Origin: Octopus sinensis
Lineage: Eukaryota
Direction: 5' to 3'
NCBI RefSeq assembly: GCF_006345805.1
Contig: NC_042999.1
Coordinates: 50,778,001 to 50,842,000 of the forward strand
Length of the DNA: 64,000 nucleotides
Position numbers and translations under genes: made by a program. The notes beneath the pieces were generated by a model. It was not told the DNA's origin and ran no database searches. It saw only the letters and a list, made by a program, of their open reading frames with translations. Of the stretch, positions 26,723 through 40,455 are shown piece by piece; position 1 is the first letter of the stretch, and each line of letters begins with the position of its first letter.

Positions 26723-28319
26723 CTGAAATGCTAGTATGGTAAGAAGCTGTATGGTAAGAAGCTTGCTTCCCAACCACATGGCTCCAGGTTCAGTCTCACT
26801 GCATGGCACCTTGGGCAAGTGTCTTCTACTATAGTCTCGGGCCAACCACAGCCTTGTGAGTGGATTTGGTAGACGGAAACTGAAAGAAGCCCATCATGTA
26901 TACATATATATATTTGTATATATTTACGCATGTGTTTTCGTGTCTGTGTTTGTCCCCTCCACCATCACTTAACATATAATGTTAATATGTTTACGTCCTG
27001 TAACTTAGCAGTTTGGCAAAATACACCAATAGAACAAATACTAGACTTACAAAGAATAAGACTAATAGTAGATTTCTTTGACTAAAAAAACCCCTTTAAG
27101 GCAGTGCCCCAGCATGGCCACAATCAAATGACTGAAACAAGTAAAAAAATAAAAGAATAAGAGAATCTCATAATCTGGATAGATGGCGCAGCATGCTGAT
27201 TTAGGTGTATTTACACCATTTGTCTGCAGTGAGAAATTATATCCACGACAAAACACAATGAATGGCTTGCTTAAGGGTTCAAACGTGACTTAAGCATGTT
27301 TGAACTGATAATAACATAGCATTTATACACATCACTACTTAGCACTCCCACTGCATAATTTATTAATTTGGGCCACATTTGGTAAGCAGACTGTCTTAAA
27401 AAAAGACAAGTTTATTTTTTTATTTTCAACATTATTAATAGTTTCATTTTTATTTGGATCTCTTCCACAAAAGATTACCCTAAATGAAAGTCAGAAAGTT
27501 TTATGCATGTCATATATTTTCCTGGCATAAGGCTGATCTCAAGACACAGGGCCTTACAAAGGAGATGACTAAGGACTGAGATGTCTGGCACCTTGCTGTA
27601 CTCAAGAAGACACATCCACCACAGCAGAATTGATACTGGTGCTGGTATCACATAAAAAGCACTGGTGCTGGTGCCACATGTAAAGCACTCGTGCTGGTTC
27701 CACACTGTAAGCACTAGTTCTGGTGCTACATAAAAGCAGCCAGTACACTCTGTAAGGGGGTTGGAATTAAAATGGGCATCCAGCCACAGAAACCATGCCA
27801 GAACAGACAATGAGTAGCCCTCGAGCTAAACAGCTCCAAACAAACCATCCAACCCATGACAGCATGGAAAATAGACATTAAATTACAATGAAGATATGAA
27901 TAAATTCAGTCATTTTAAATATTTTTCTTATCCTAAATGTGGTTATCTCTGATGTTGAAAACATTGCAAATAATCAGACTCACCAATTAATATATGTGGT
28001 CAGTACCCCTTTATGATTTAATTATCAAATAATCTCATTTCCCAGCAATACTCAGTTTTACAAACCTTACTACTGAGTAAGCCTATGTGGCCAGTAAGAA
28101 ACGGTAAAGGTGATAATCCTTCTGATAATGATTAAGACCCTAGTAACATTCTGAGTTGTCTTCCTTGCCTGCTCAGCCAGAGAATAATGTTAGCTACATC
28201 CAAATACTTTTTTTTTTTTATCAAATTACTGTGAAGTTTTTGAGGTGAGAAGATTGACAATGAACATTATTTACATTATTTACATTCGACGGATATTTGT
28301 CCTCATCTTGTTTGTTGTT

Positions 28320-28365
28320 AACACAATGTTTCGGCCTATACACCCTCCAGCCTTCTTCAGGTGTC
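28320..28365 (-). ncRNA. Penelope-type minimal hammerhead ribozyme relic
   Basis: GACAC CUGAAGA aGGC-loop-GCC GAAA CAUU GUGUU, inside a repeat spanning ~28230-28430. Confidence 0.5.
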
Positions 28366-28684
28366 TTGGGGAAATTTCGAACCTCGGTTCTTATTCCTAA
28401 GGTATTTTTCAATGTTATCATTATTATTGTTATCATTCAAGCAGGCAGAAACGTTAGCACGCTGGGCGAAATGCGTAGCCGTATTTCGTCTTGCCATTAC
28501 GTTCTGAGTTCAAATTCCGCCGAGGTTGTCTTTGCCTTCCATCCTTTCGGGGTTGATAAATTAAGTACCAGTTACGCACTGGGGTTGATGTAATCGACTT
28601 AATCCGTGTATCTGTCCTTGTTTGTCCCCTCTATGTTTAGCCCCTTGTGGGTAATAAAGAAACAAAAAATATTATTATTATTAC

Positions 28685-28727
<43 letters not shown>

Positions 28728-30839
28728 GTTGTTATTGTTCAGGTCACTGCTTGGATGAAGTTAAAATAATAGGCAGAGAGCACTGCTGTAAACAATGTAA
28801 ACAATTGTATATCTAGGTATAAATTCTCTTACATTATGGTGTAAAGGTTGACAGCTTGACAATAATTATTAGACAACCAATACATGTTACAATATCTGTG
28901 GATGCTAAATTAGAAAAGAAATATTTTCCAGTATTAGAAAATTAAACTATTTTTGTCATCCTTTTTTTATGCTTTTGGTTCAAGGATGCTTTTGTTATAT
29001 GAAGGTCTAATATTCATATCAATATCATAAAATCATCTTAAATTGTTTCCGTACACAATCATCTGTGCAAGTGTATATACTGAGCGTAAGTTCATGTTCT
29101 CATTCCAAAATGTTTGTCAATTCGTATTAGAAGAACATAACTGCAATGTTTATGCAATAAACATAAATCTATTTAAACAGAATATTATGCATACACATAA
29201 ATGGTGTAAGGCAGCAAGCTGGCAGAATCGTTTGCACACCAGGTGAAATGCTCAGCGATATTTCGTCTGCCATTACATTCTGAGTTCAAATTCTGCCGAG
29301 GTCAACTTTGCCTTTCATCCTTTCGGGGTCAATTAAACAAGTACCAGTTACACACTGGAGTCGATGTAATCGACTTAATCCTTTTGTCTGTCCTTGTTTG
29401 ACACCTCTATGTTTAGCCCCTTGGGGACAATAAAGAAATAAATACAACATGGTCTGTCTCACTCAAAGAATGAATGCGCCACCTGGTCCAAGAATCAAAC
29501 CTGTGAACTTATAATCATGAGCCTAAACACTAATCACTTGGTAACATGCTTATTTAATTAGTGTATACCTCTGCATATTAATGTTTGTATAAAAGTGTGA
29601 CTGCAGTATGCTCCTTTTTCCACCTCCAACACCACATAGTTAAACTAACAATGATTGTTCATATATACATACATACATATATACGCACACACACACACAT
29701 ATAGTTTTATTGAATGAATGAGAACAAAAGCAAATAAAAAAACAAAATAAGTTTTTACAGAAATTTATTCCTATAATCTAATTCCCAATAAAGATATATG
29801 ATCCTAATCATGAAGAGTAAATTTAATTAATTATCCAAATTATTTCACTTAGAGTTAATTTAGCTGGTATATTTCAATGCAAATAGAGAAACTTGTAAAG
29901 AGATTAATTCAGTCTAAAATCAAATTGCGAAAAACCTGTAATACTTCTTTGAATATTTCATAAGACTTTAATTTAATATACAATGTAGAGGTGCTACACA
30001 ACTAAAAATGTAAACTTTAAACAGAAATGATGTATATCTGTACAAAAACATCCTTAATTTGCGATATCTTCAAGAAGGTGATTTGAAATTTGAGTCAAAT
30101 ATGAGACTAAGATGAGCTTATGAGAGATCCTGATGAAGGTGAGAGAGTGGGTGAATGACCTGTTAGATATAACAGCCAAATTTGGAGTTGCTTAACAACA
30201 AACGATGTACGATGTGCATTCAAAAAATATCCAACTTCTTTTTTTTCTCACCAGAACTAATGCTGCATGGCAAAATCCTTTGGATGGGAGGAGGTGCCTC
30301 CCTTCCTAAGCATGCAAGTAAATTTCTATGCCAGTAGGCCATGTCAGTTCTCAGCTGTTATGCCTAAAGAAGAAACACGTAGTGCATGCCCAGTGGGTTT
30401 TCCCTGTCACCAAAAATATTGAACATAGGTGTAGGAATGGCTGTGTGGTAAGTAGCTTGCTTACCAACGACATGGTTCTGGGTTCAGTCCCACTGCGTGG
30501 CATCTTGGGCAAGTGTCTTCTAGTATAGCCTTGGGCCAACCAAAGCCATGTGAGGAGATTTCGTAGACGGAAACTGAAAGAAGCCCATCGTATATATGTA
30601 TATATATGTGTGTGTATATGTTTGTGTGTCTGTGTTTGTCTCCCCAACATCGTTTGACAACTGATGCTGGTGTGTTTACATCCCCGTAACTTGGCGGTTT
30701 GGCAAAAGAGACTGATAGAATAAGTACTAGGCTTACAAAGAATAAGTCCTGGGGTCGATTTGTGCAACTAAAGGCTGTGCTCCAGCATAGCCACAGTCAA
30801 ATGACTGAAACAAGTAAAACAGTAAAGAGTAAGAGTAAA

Positions 30840-31290
30840 GATATTGCATCAAGATTTATCAAAAGCATGGTGATATTCAAGCTGAAACCGGCCAGAAGAT
30901 TTAGCCGGCCTTTGGTGATGATGCCATGGGTAAAACTCAGATCAAGGAGTGGTACAACTGCTTCAAACATGGTGTACCTCAGTAAAGAGTGAGGAGCTGA
31001 CTGTGAAGGTTTGGCGAATAGTCAAGGAAGACCGTTGTGTGACAATCCAGGAGATTGCACATGAAATGGGAATAAGCAGAGAGCATTACATTTTGATGAA
31101 GGGTTTGTGCACGTGGAGGGTGTCAGTGAGGTTCTTCCATAAGACACCGGTGGAGCAGCAGAAGCAAATCCACAAATCCACATGGAGATTGCTTGGGGCA
31201 TGTTGGACTGTGCAAATATGACCCAGACTTCATGAAGACCATCAGTACTGGTGATGAGACATGGAGTTATGGTCTTCACTCAATGCGTTC
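30840..31290 (+). mobile_element. Mariner transposase remnant (HTH plus first catalytic Asp)
   Basis: AFGDDAMGKTQIKEWYNCFKHG, EDRCVTIQEIAHEMGIS and DPDFMKTISTGDETWSYG. Confidence 0.88.
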
Positions 31291-31369
31291 AGTCATCTTG
31301 CATGAAAATGAAAATCCGATGAGCAAGCACTACATATTTGTACTCTAACAGCCAGGAACTAACACAACT

Positions 31370-31920
31370 TATTGGGTTGTCTGGAAAGTTTGTGCTGATT
31401 TATAGTAGCTTACCTTTCGACTTAATTTAGAACATGGTTGAGTCCATAAAATAGGATTTGACTACACCTCCATTTAGAGCACAGTTTAAGCTATCTTTTT
31501 GTGGAAGAAGATTTATGATCCTATAACCTGCGTTAATTCTGTAACCCTTTAAAATGGAAGATAAGAAAGTTCATTTTCGGTACTTGATGCTTTGGGAACC
31601 AGACAAAAATTGCTGCAAACCACCACCCCATATTCACCAGATATTGCTCCTTCGGATTTCCACTTATTCAGGTCTCTGCAGAATAGTCTTAATGGTAAAT
31701 ATTTTAATTCATTGGATGACATAAAAAGATACCTTGATGAATTCTTTGACATGAAACTACCTCAATTCTGGGAAGTGGTATTTTCAAGGCAAAGGAAACA
31801 TGGAGATGCATTGTGCAACAAAATAGTTCATATTTGGTTGATTTAAAATGTAATGGCAAGTATCTATTGACTTTTTTCTTTCCTTTAAAAATTAGCACGA
31901 ACTTTCCGGACAACCCAATA
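31370..31920 (+). mobile_element. Internally deleted mariner element with TIRs
   Basis: 30-bp TIRs tattgggttgtctggaaagtttgtgctgat and attagcacgaactttccggacaacccaata (27/30 match), TA ends; PYSPDIAPSDFHLFRSLQNSLNG. Confidence 0.92.
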
Positions 31921-32400
31921 CAAGCACAAAAATTTTCATGCTTGCGCAGGTAGGGTGGCATCTCCTTCCAGCCAAAACATTTTGCCCACATTGCATTAGT
32001 TTGGCAGGAAAAAATGAAGCCAGATACTTTCTGAATGCACCTTGTACATCTGTGCAAAACGAAAGGAAAATTTTGGGATATTTTCAAGAAGGTTTTTTGA
32101 AACAGTTGAGTAAAATATGAGGCTAACACAAACAAGACAAGTGAGTGGGTCACTGGTCACCATCAACATTATCATTAATATTTAACATCTGTATTTGATG
32201 CTAGCATGGGTTAGATGGTTTGGTAGTATCAGACTAGTCTGAGGACTGTATTACAAGAACAAACACCACTAAGCATTTTATCTGATATTCTAATAGTTCT
32301 GCTAATTCACTGCAAAGCTCTATAAGGTAACTCACCCTGTGAGAAAAGGCAATCAAACTTTCTTTGAATTATCCCTATCATCTTTGAAAAATAAAGATAC

Positions 32401-32735
32401 ATCATCATCGTTTAACGTCTGTTTTCCGCGCTAGCACGGGTTGGACGGTTCGACTGGGGTCTGGGAAGCCAGGGGCTGCACCAGGCTCCAGTCTGATCTG
32501 GCAGAGTTTCTACAGCTGGATGCCCTTCCTAACGCCAACCACTCCGCGAGTGTAGTGGGTGCTTTTTACGTGCCACCTGCACAGGTGCCAGGGGGTCCGG
32601 CATCGGCCACGATCGGTTGGAGCTTTTAACGTGCCACCGGCACGGAAGCCAGTTGGGGTGGCGCTGGCAACGGCCACATTCAGACGGTGCTTTTTATGTG
32701 CCACCGGCACAGAAGCCAGTCGGGGCGGCCATGGC
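32401..32735 (-). mobile_element. Abundant RTE-tail-like repeat ending in (GAT)n, representative copy
   Basis: catcatcgtttaacgtc...catgctagcatgggttgga...gctggatgcccttcctaacgccaacc with internal ~40-bp ttttacgtgccacc subrepeats. Copies near 16942, 18205, 24143, 24724, 34566, 50205, 53750 and 62390. Confidence 0.8.
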
Positions 32736-33701
32736 TGGCATAGAATTATCTATTCTTAATAATACTATATTTGAGAAAATTTGATCATACAACTATTGAG
32801 TCATGCTTGGCCAGGAACTACGCAACCAGCCAACATTACATTAAAGAACTGATGTAAAATACAAAATCTACTTTATGCTTATACAGAATACAAAATGTTA
32901 TTTGTATTACATACAGGTTTGAAAGAAAATGGCATTTTTGATAAGTAATTGAAATAAATATCTTTTGTCACAGATCAGACATAAAAGAGAACAAATTTTT
33001 CATGTAGAATTAATTTGCATTACAGGTTTTAATTTAAAAAAATTATGTTAGAAAAGGTTACATGTGACATGACATGCACTTAACTCACAATTTTTTCTAT
33101 AATACATATCATATTTGCAGACATATGCACTCACCTCGCTTCACCTTTGTGTGTGTATGCATGTGTAAGTGTTCAAAATATATGCATACTTTCACACAAA
33201 CATACAATAGATAAATATATACACACATGCATACAAACTCACATACATACATGCATACTTACATACATATATATGTATACACACACAAACATATATGTAT
33301 GCATGCATGTATGTATGTACGTACATACGTATATATGTATGTATGTACGTACGTACGTTTGTATGTATGTATACACAGTTGCCTGGTAGAATCATTACTG
33401 TATTGAACAGAATATGTTGCAATACTTTCTTTTAGTTTAAATTTAAATTTGGTGAGTTGGTAGTATCATTACCATTTCAAACAAAATGTTAGGCACCATT
33501 TCTTCCAAAATTGCATTCTGAGTTCAAATGCTGCTAGGATTAATTTTGTCTTTTATTCTATTGGGGTCAATAAAATAAGTACCAGTTAAGCATGGGGTGG
33601 GGAGTCAATGTAACTGAATTACCCCTTCCCTCTGAAATTGCAAGCTTTCTGCCAAAATTTGAAACCAATATTTTTCCTCAATCTAACTTCATCTTTCATA
33701 C

Positions 33702-33828
33702 CTTGGGGATAAATAAGTAAAGTACCACCACTTTCTTGCATTCTAGTGGCCACATGCTGGATGTTGTACTTTGTCAAAATTTGGAGGGCCAGCTTGGTTC
33801 TTGTATCTGCTCATGACTGTATAGGCAC
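33702..33828 (-). pseudogene. Candidate 127-nt exon, VPIQS*ADTRTKLALQILTKYNIQHVATRMQESGGTLLIYPQ
   Basis: Consensus branch point tactaac then tgttttag acceptor, donor AAG|gtatga; one in-frame TGA. Confidence 0.45.
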
Positions 33829-33914
33829 CTAAAACAGTTAGTAAAAGCATGGTACACCCTACCAAATAATCTATAATTGTGAGTAACAGTAGTTGTATAC
33901 ACACACACACACAC

Positions 33915-34480
33915 ACTTATATACAGGGAGTTCTGACTAAATTTGACAGTTTACACAAAAGAAAAAAAGTAAACACAATATTCCATCCCAAAATAAAAGG
34001 ATTTTAAAAAATCAAGAAATACCAACTAGCTTAGGGCTGGGAGATAACAGTTTACTCAAAGTAACCACTCTCAGCTTCCACCACAGTTTCAAGATGGCTC
34101 CAGAGCCTGGTGTATGCATTCATCCCTATGGGAAGATGTTCAAATATTATCTTTATCTTGGTCACAAACCCACCCGAGGTGTTGTCAGCAGAGCAGTTGG
34201 TGTCTTTCTCAACTATACCTTACACATAGTAATCCATGGGGTTACAATCAAGGGAATTAGAAGGCCAGACAGTGGGGTGGGCAAAGTCATAGAAATTCTC
34301 CAACAACCTCTTCTGACTCTTTCCAGTGGTATAGCAAGGAGCCAAAATCCTGCTGCCACATATATGGCCTTTCAGCAGCAAACATCTCCAGCTAGTGTTT
34401 GACCAGTCTCCAGCAGCTTCACATAGCCATCTGAATTGAGACTAAGGCTCTGTTCAAAGACGTGATGAATTATGGCACGC
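33915..34480 (-). mobile_element. maT/DD37D-type Tc1-mariner remnant
   Basis: RPYMWQQD, WPSNSLDCNPMDYYV*GIVEKDTN and LETVVEAESGYFE*. Confidence 0.8.
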
Positions 34481-35132
34481 AGACACAGTCAGACTGCTTC
34501 CACTATATCCCCCTTCTTGAGGTTATAGTAGAAGATACCAAGGTACTGTGCAGCAGAACTTAAGTCATCATCATCATCATCATCGTTTAACATCCGTTTT
34601 CCATGCTAGCATGGGTTGGACAGTTCAACTGGGGTCTGGGAAGCCAGAAGGCTGCGCCAGGCCCAGCCTGATCTGGCAGTGTTTCTACAGCTTGATGCCC
34701 TTCCTAAAGCCAACCACTCTGTGAGTGTAGTGGGTGCTTTTTACGTGCCACCTGCACAGGTGCCAGACAAGGCTGGCAAACGGCCAGAATCGGATGGTGC
34801 TTTTTACGTGCCGCTGGCACGGGGGCCAGACAAGGCTGGCCATGTATATTTTGGTATGCATGTCAGTGTTTGTTGAGTATATGTGTCAGTTTCTAACTGT
34901 TTTCATATAATTTTTTACTTTTTTTCTACTTTTTTACTTGTTCCAAACATTTGACAGTGGCCATGCTGGAGCAGCACCTTTAATTGAGCAAATCGACCCC
35001 AGGACTTATTCTTTGTAAGCCTAGTACTTATTCAATTGGTCTCTTTTGCTGAACCGCTAAGTTACGGGGACGTAACACACCAGCATCGGCTGTCAAGTGA
35101 TGTAGAGGGGACAAACACAGACACACAAATGT

Positions 35133-35165
<33 letters not shown>

Positions 35166-35173
35166 AATATATG

Positions 35174-35297
<124 letters not shown>

Positions 35298-35775
35298 CAT
35301 ATATATGACAGGCTTCTTTCAGTTTCTTTCTACCAAATCCACTCACAAGGCTTTGGTCAGCCTGAGGCTATAGTAGAAGACACTTGCACAAGGTTCCACA
35401 CAGTGAGACTGAACCCAGAACCATGTGGTTAGTAAGTAAGCTACTTACCACACAGCCACTCCTACGCCTATGTATATGTTTACGTGTGTCTTCTTCATAT
35501 GTGCATTATTTTATTTTATTGTCTTTCTTCCAACTTTGTTTCCAAATAAGTTTCTTTAACAAGCTGATATGACAAAGAACAAAATTTTGAGGTTCTAAGA
35601 CCATGAAATGCATGAAGTCATTGTAGGCAACAGGGGTAGATGTAAGAATACATTAGTTGAAACATTTTGTCTCATGGTATTATATTTTCAGAAACACACA
35701 AAAAACAAATATACTTTCAATTTTAGCATTATAATTTATTCCTTAATACTTGCTTCTTAAGATATTACTCCAGAA

Positions 35776-35994
35776 CAGTGGTTTTCAACCAGGGTTCCGC
35801 GGAACCTTAGGGTTCCGCCAGTACAGTCCAGGGGTTCAGCAAGAAGTTACAAAACTGCTAAAATCGGCAGTAATTTTTAATTCTCCTGTGCAGATATGTG
35901 TGCATAAGACTATTAAATTATTGCACAGGGGTTCCCCGAGCCCGTGGAATGTTTCCTTGGGGTTCTGCTCCAGCAAGAAGTTTGAAAAGCATTG
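35776..35994. mobile_element. hAT-type MITE, 219 bp
   Basis: Ends cagtggttttcaa and ttgaaaagcattg; perfect 8-bp target site duplication ctccagaa on both sides. Confidence 0.9.
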
Positions 35995-36595
35995 CTCCAG
36001 AAGTATGTTTATTGTTACCATCTTATGACTACCAATGATGTCACTCTGCACAGTCACTCAACCTGAGGAAAAAATTAACAGCCAAATCTCCTTCAAACTT
36101 CACCAAGTCATCTTATCATGGGTGAATTTTATTTCACTTTTAGCATAGCATAAAATAGTTCTGTTTGATTAATGTTGTCATGGGATTTCACAACAAAGAA
36201 CTCAATAACAATTATCCAGACAAATACACAGCAGCATTTAATTATGTTCTCTACATTTTGAGTTCAAATCCAACTGATGGCAATTTTACCTTTTATCTGT
36301 CTGGGTTTGATTGATTGATTAAATCGACTTCAATTCTTGTTCCAAATTATGTGGCATTGTGCCAGAATTAGAAATCATTATTATTAAAAAGAAGAGAAAA
36401 AAATACTTTAATCGTAAGCTAATTTAGAAAATTGTTAGAAATCAATTTGCCAGTTTTATTCTTCACAGAAGGGAATATATTTGCATGCATTGTAAATTCT
36501 GTGCATACAAAACATGCACACACACACAAACAAACAAACACACACACCAGTACACAACTGAGTTTTATGTGAGGTAAAAATGTACTATTTCATAC

Positions 36596-36662
36596 CTCAG
36601 AACAGTTTAGTATGAAAATTTACAAGCTTGGCTACTTTAATTTTTTACTTCATCTTCAGAGT
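36596..36662 (-). pseudogene. Candidate 67-nt exon, closed in all frames
   Basis: Acceptor tttcttaacatttaag, donor GAG|gtatga. Confidence 0.25.
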
Positions 36663-38586
36663 CTTAAATGTTAAGAAATTCTATTTTCTTTCAACTTAAA
36701 GAAAGATGAATAAGAAAAGAAAGGAAGTCAAAGAAAAACATTATTTCAATCATCTTACTTAATTTAAATGAGTTTTCTATCCCATTGTATACACTATTTC
36801 AGAATTTCAATTAATATGAGAATCTAATAATCTATTGGCATTTTTTTTATATAAAAGTATAAATGCCTATGAATAATAACTCTAATATACTAAGAGACCA
36901 ATAAGTCATCAACTTTAAAGTAATTAGGTTATAAAAGCCAAAACAACATCATAAAAGCATATAATATATATTGATTTCTTAAAGAGGCACAAGGCTACAC
37001 AATTTGTTTCCAGCATGGGTCAACCCTATGATCAAATGAACTAATGATCAAAGCCACATTAAACAAATGATCACAAGGATAATAATGTGAATAATAATTG
37101 TTTCAAATTTTGGCATAAAGCCAGCAATTTTAGGGGAAGGAGTAAGCTGATTACAATTACCTCAAAAGGATGAAAGGCAGAGTTGACCTAAGTGGAATTT
37201 GAAACTCAAAACATGAAGAGTCACAAGAAACGCAGCTAAACATTTTATCAGATGTGCTAATAATGCTAATAATAATAACGATTGATTTCAGTATATACAC
37301 ATGGCCTGAAATTGGGGAAAAGTTTAATGATTAAACTGACCCCAGTTATCAACAAGTACTTTATTTTATTGACCCCCTGGAGTAATAAAAAGCAAAGTCA
37401 ACTGCGATATGATTATTATTCTGAACGTAGACAGCCTGACCAAATACTGCAAAACAGTTAGTCTGACATTATAATGATTCTTATTTCTTTATTGCCCACA
37501 AGGGGCTAAACATAGAGGGGACAAACAAGGACGGACAAAGGGATTTAGTCGATTACATCGACCCCAGTGTGTAACTGGTACTTAATCTTTTGACCCCAAA
37601 AAGATGAAAGGCAAAGTCGACCTCGGCAGAATTTGAACTCAGAACGTAACGGCAGACGAAATACTGCTATGCACTTCACCCGGCATGCTAACATTTCTTA
37701 TTTCTCTATTGCCCACAAAGGGCTATACATAGAGGGGACAAACAAGGACAGACAAACGGATTAAGTCGATTATATCGATTCCAGTGCATAACTGGTACTT
37801 ATTTAATCGACCCTGAAAGGATGAAAGGATGAAAGGTAAAATCGACCTCGGCGGAATTTGAACTCAGTACATATAAGATGTAATACTGCTTAGCATTTCA
37901 CCAGGCGTGCTAACATTTCTGCCAGCTCGCTGCCTTGTCTGACACTATAATGTCGCATTATAGTCTGATACTATAATGATTCTACTAGCTAGTGATAATC
38001 ATAATGATAATAATGATGATGATGATGATAATCCTTTCTATTATAGACACAATACGTGCAATTTTGGGGAGGGGGCAGTCGATTACATCAACCCCAGTAC
38101 ACAATTGATACTCATTTCGTCCTCTCAGGGTTGATGAAATAAATACCAGTTGTGCACTTGGAACAGTGTAATCAATTGGCCCCTTCCCCCAAATTGCAGG
38201 CCTTGCTCAACTGGTACTTCTTTTAGTGATCTGAAAAGGATGAAAGGCAAAGTCAACCTCGCCAGCATTTAAACTCAGAACATAAAACAGAAGAAACACT
38301 GCCAAGCATTTCATTTGCAGCAGTAACGTAACAATTCTGCCAACTCGCTACCTTAATAACCATATTCTTTTATTCTTTTATTTGTTTCAGTCATTTGACT
38401 GCGACCATGCTGGAGCACCGCCTTTAGTCGAGCAAATCGACCCCAGGACTTATTCTTCGTAAGCCTTAGTACTTATTCTATCGGTCTCTCTTGCCGAACC
38501 ACTAAGTTACAGGAATGTAAACACACCAGCATCGGTTGTCAAGCAATGTTGGGGGGACAAACACAGACACACAAACATATACATAC

Positions 38587-38623
<37 letters not shown>

Positions 38624-39066
38624 ACAGGCTTCTTTCCATTTCTGTCTACCAAATCCACTCACAAGGCTTTAGTCGGCCCGAGGCTATGGTAGAAGACACT
38701 TGCCCAAGGTGCCACGCAGTGGGACTGAACCAAGAACCATGTGGTTGGCAAAGAAGCTACTTACCATACAGCCACTCCTGCACCTATATATATATGAAAA
38801 AAGAGAGAGGTAAATGTAAACTAATTTCTATTTTCATTATTTACATTTGACGGATATTTGCTCTCATCTTGTTTGCTGTTAACATTTCGGCTGATATACC
38901 ATCCAGCATTCATCAGGTGTCTTGGGGAGATTTTGAACCTGGGTTCTCATTCCTAAGGTATTTTTCAATGTTATTATTATTGTTCAGGTCATTGCTTGGA
39001 ATTGAACTCGGAATCTTGGGGTTAGTAGCCCCCTGCTCTTAACCACTACGCCATATGCCTGTGGGC

Positions 39067-39109
<43 letters not shown>

Positions 39110-39959
39110 TTCTTTTCTACTGTAGGTGCATTGTCAGCAATTTTTCAAAGTTTTAGGTGTTATTTCTAGTATATAAAGCATCTACATAGAGACTGCCACT
39201 AGCTGGTATAACCCTAGATAAGCTCAGCATGAACATTCTACAGCATGCAATTGGTCAGCTGAACAACTAGGCCCAACCCACAGACCTATTGTTTCCATTA
39301 TGCCATTTCTCTACAAAGATGTGAACTTGGCAGTGGAATGGTATGACTACAACAGCTCATCTGTATGTAGGTTCAGTTAGGAAGGATGGGATGATAGCTT
39401 ATGCAAGCTTTCCGAGATAAATAATTCATGGCGATGAAGGATTATTGCAATTTTCCATAGCATAATCGCATGATTAACCAGGAAAATTCTCTCATGCTTA
39501 TATGCTTGTTGATCAACCTAGTTTATTATTAACAAAGTATATTTCAGTTCAGCATGATATTAAGTCTTGAAGTAATGACATAGTTAAATAGACATGTAGC
39601 CAAATAGGTATGGGAATAATCAGTAGAGCATCAAACAAAATAATTACAGTGTTTGATTACACTTTTTTTATATTCAGCATTCATATCCCACTCAGGTCAA
39701 ACACTTCATTCTCAGGTCATTTAAATAAGTACCCAGCAAAATGTGGTGAGGCATATAATTGATTTAAATTATTTGAAATTGGTACCCCAACGTGGTCTTA
39801 GTTTACTGACTAAAACTAGTAAGACATCATAAGAATGCTGATAAGATGGGCTGTTTAAGCTTACAATCATGAGGTGAGGATTCAATTCTTGGACATACTG
39901 TGTCATTAAGTATTGCATTTCATTCCATATTGCTTGAATCTAATAATAATAAATAAATG

Positions 39960-40455
39960 CACCCTTTTTAAAGTCAAGCCAGGCTCATGGGCCCGGTTTC
40001 CCAGTTTCTATAGCGTATGTGCTCTCCAGCTGGATGGGACACCAGTCCATCGCAGCGTTATTTATTTTTGTTGGCTGAGAGGACTTGAGCAACGTGAAAT
40101 GAAGTGTTTTGCTCAAGAATACAATGCGTCACCCAGTTCAGGAATCAAAACCACAATCTTATGATCATGGTACTGACACCCTAACTACAAAGCCATGCAC
40201 CTCCACATGTGCCCTTTTAAAGCCTAGCCAGGCTCATGGGCCCGGTTTCCCAGTTTCAATGGTGTATGTGTTCCCCAGCTGGACGGGATACCAGTCCATT
40301 GCAGCGTTACTCATTTTTGATAACTGAGTGAACTGGAACAACGTGAAATGAAGTGTTTTGCTCAAGAATACAATGCGTCACCCGGTCCAGGAATCAAAAC
40401 CACAATCTTACGATCATGATGCTGACACCCTAACCACTAAGCCATGTGCCTCCAC
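39960..40455 (-). mobile_element. Tandem dimer of SINE family C
   Basis: Two ~250-bp units starting ccc(t)tttt(t)aaag..agccaggctcatgggcccggtttccc; related copies at 12045-12200 and 44305-44540; related head on longer elements at 23340-23730 and 60070-60390. Confidence 0.88.

Noticed and set aside
32790-32850. Exon-like segment with a good acceptor and gtatga donor
   Set aside because: Closed in all frames with no phase link; cannot be distinguished from chance.
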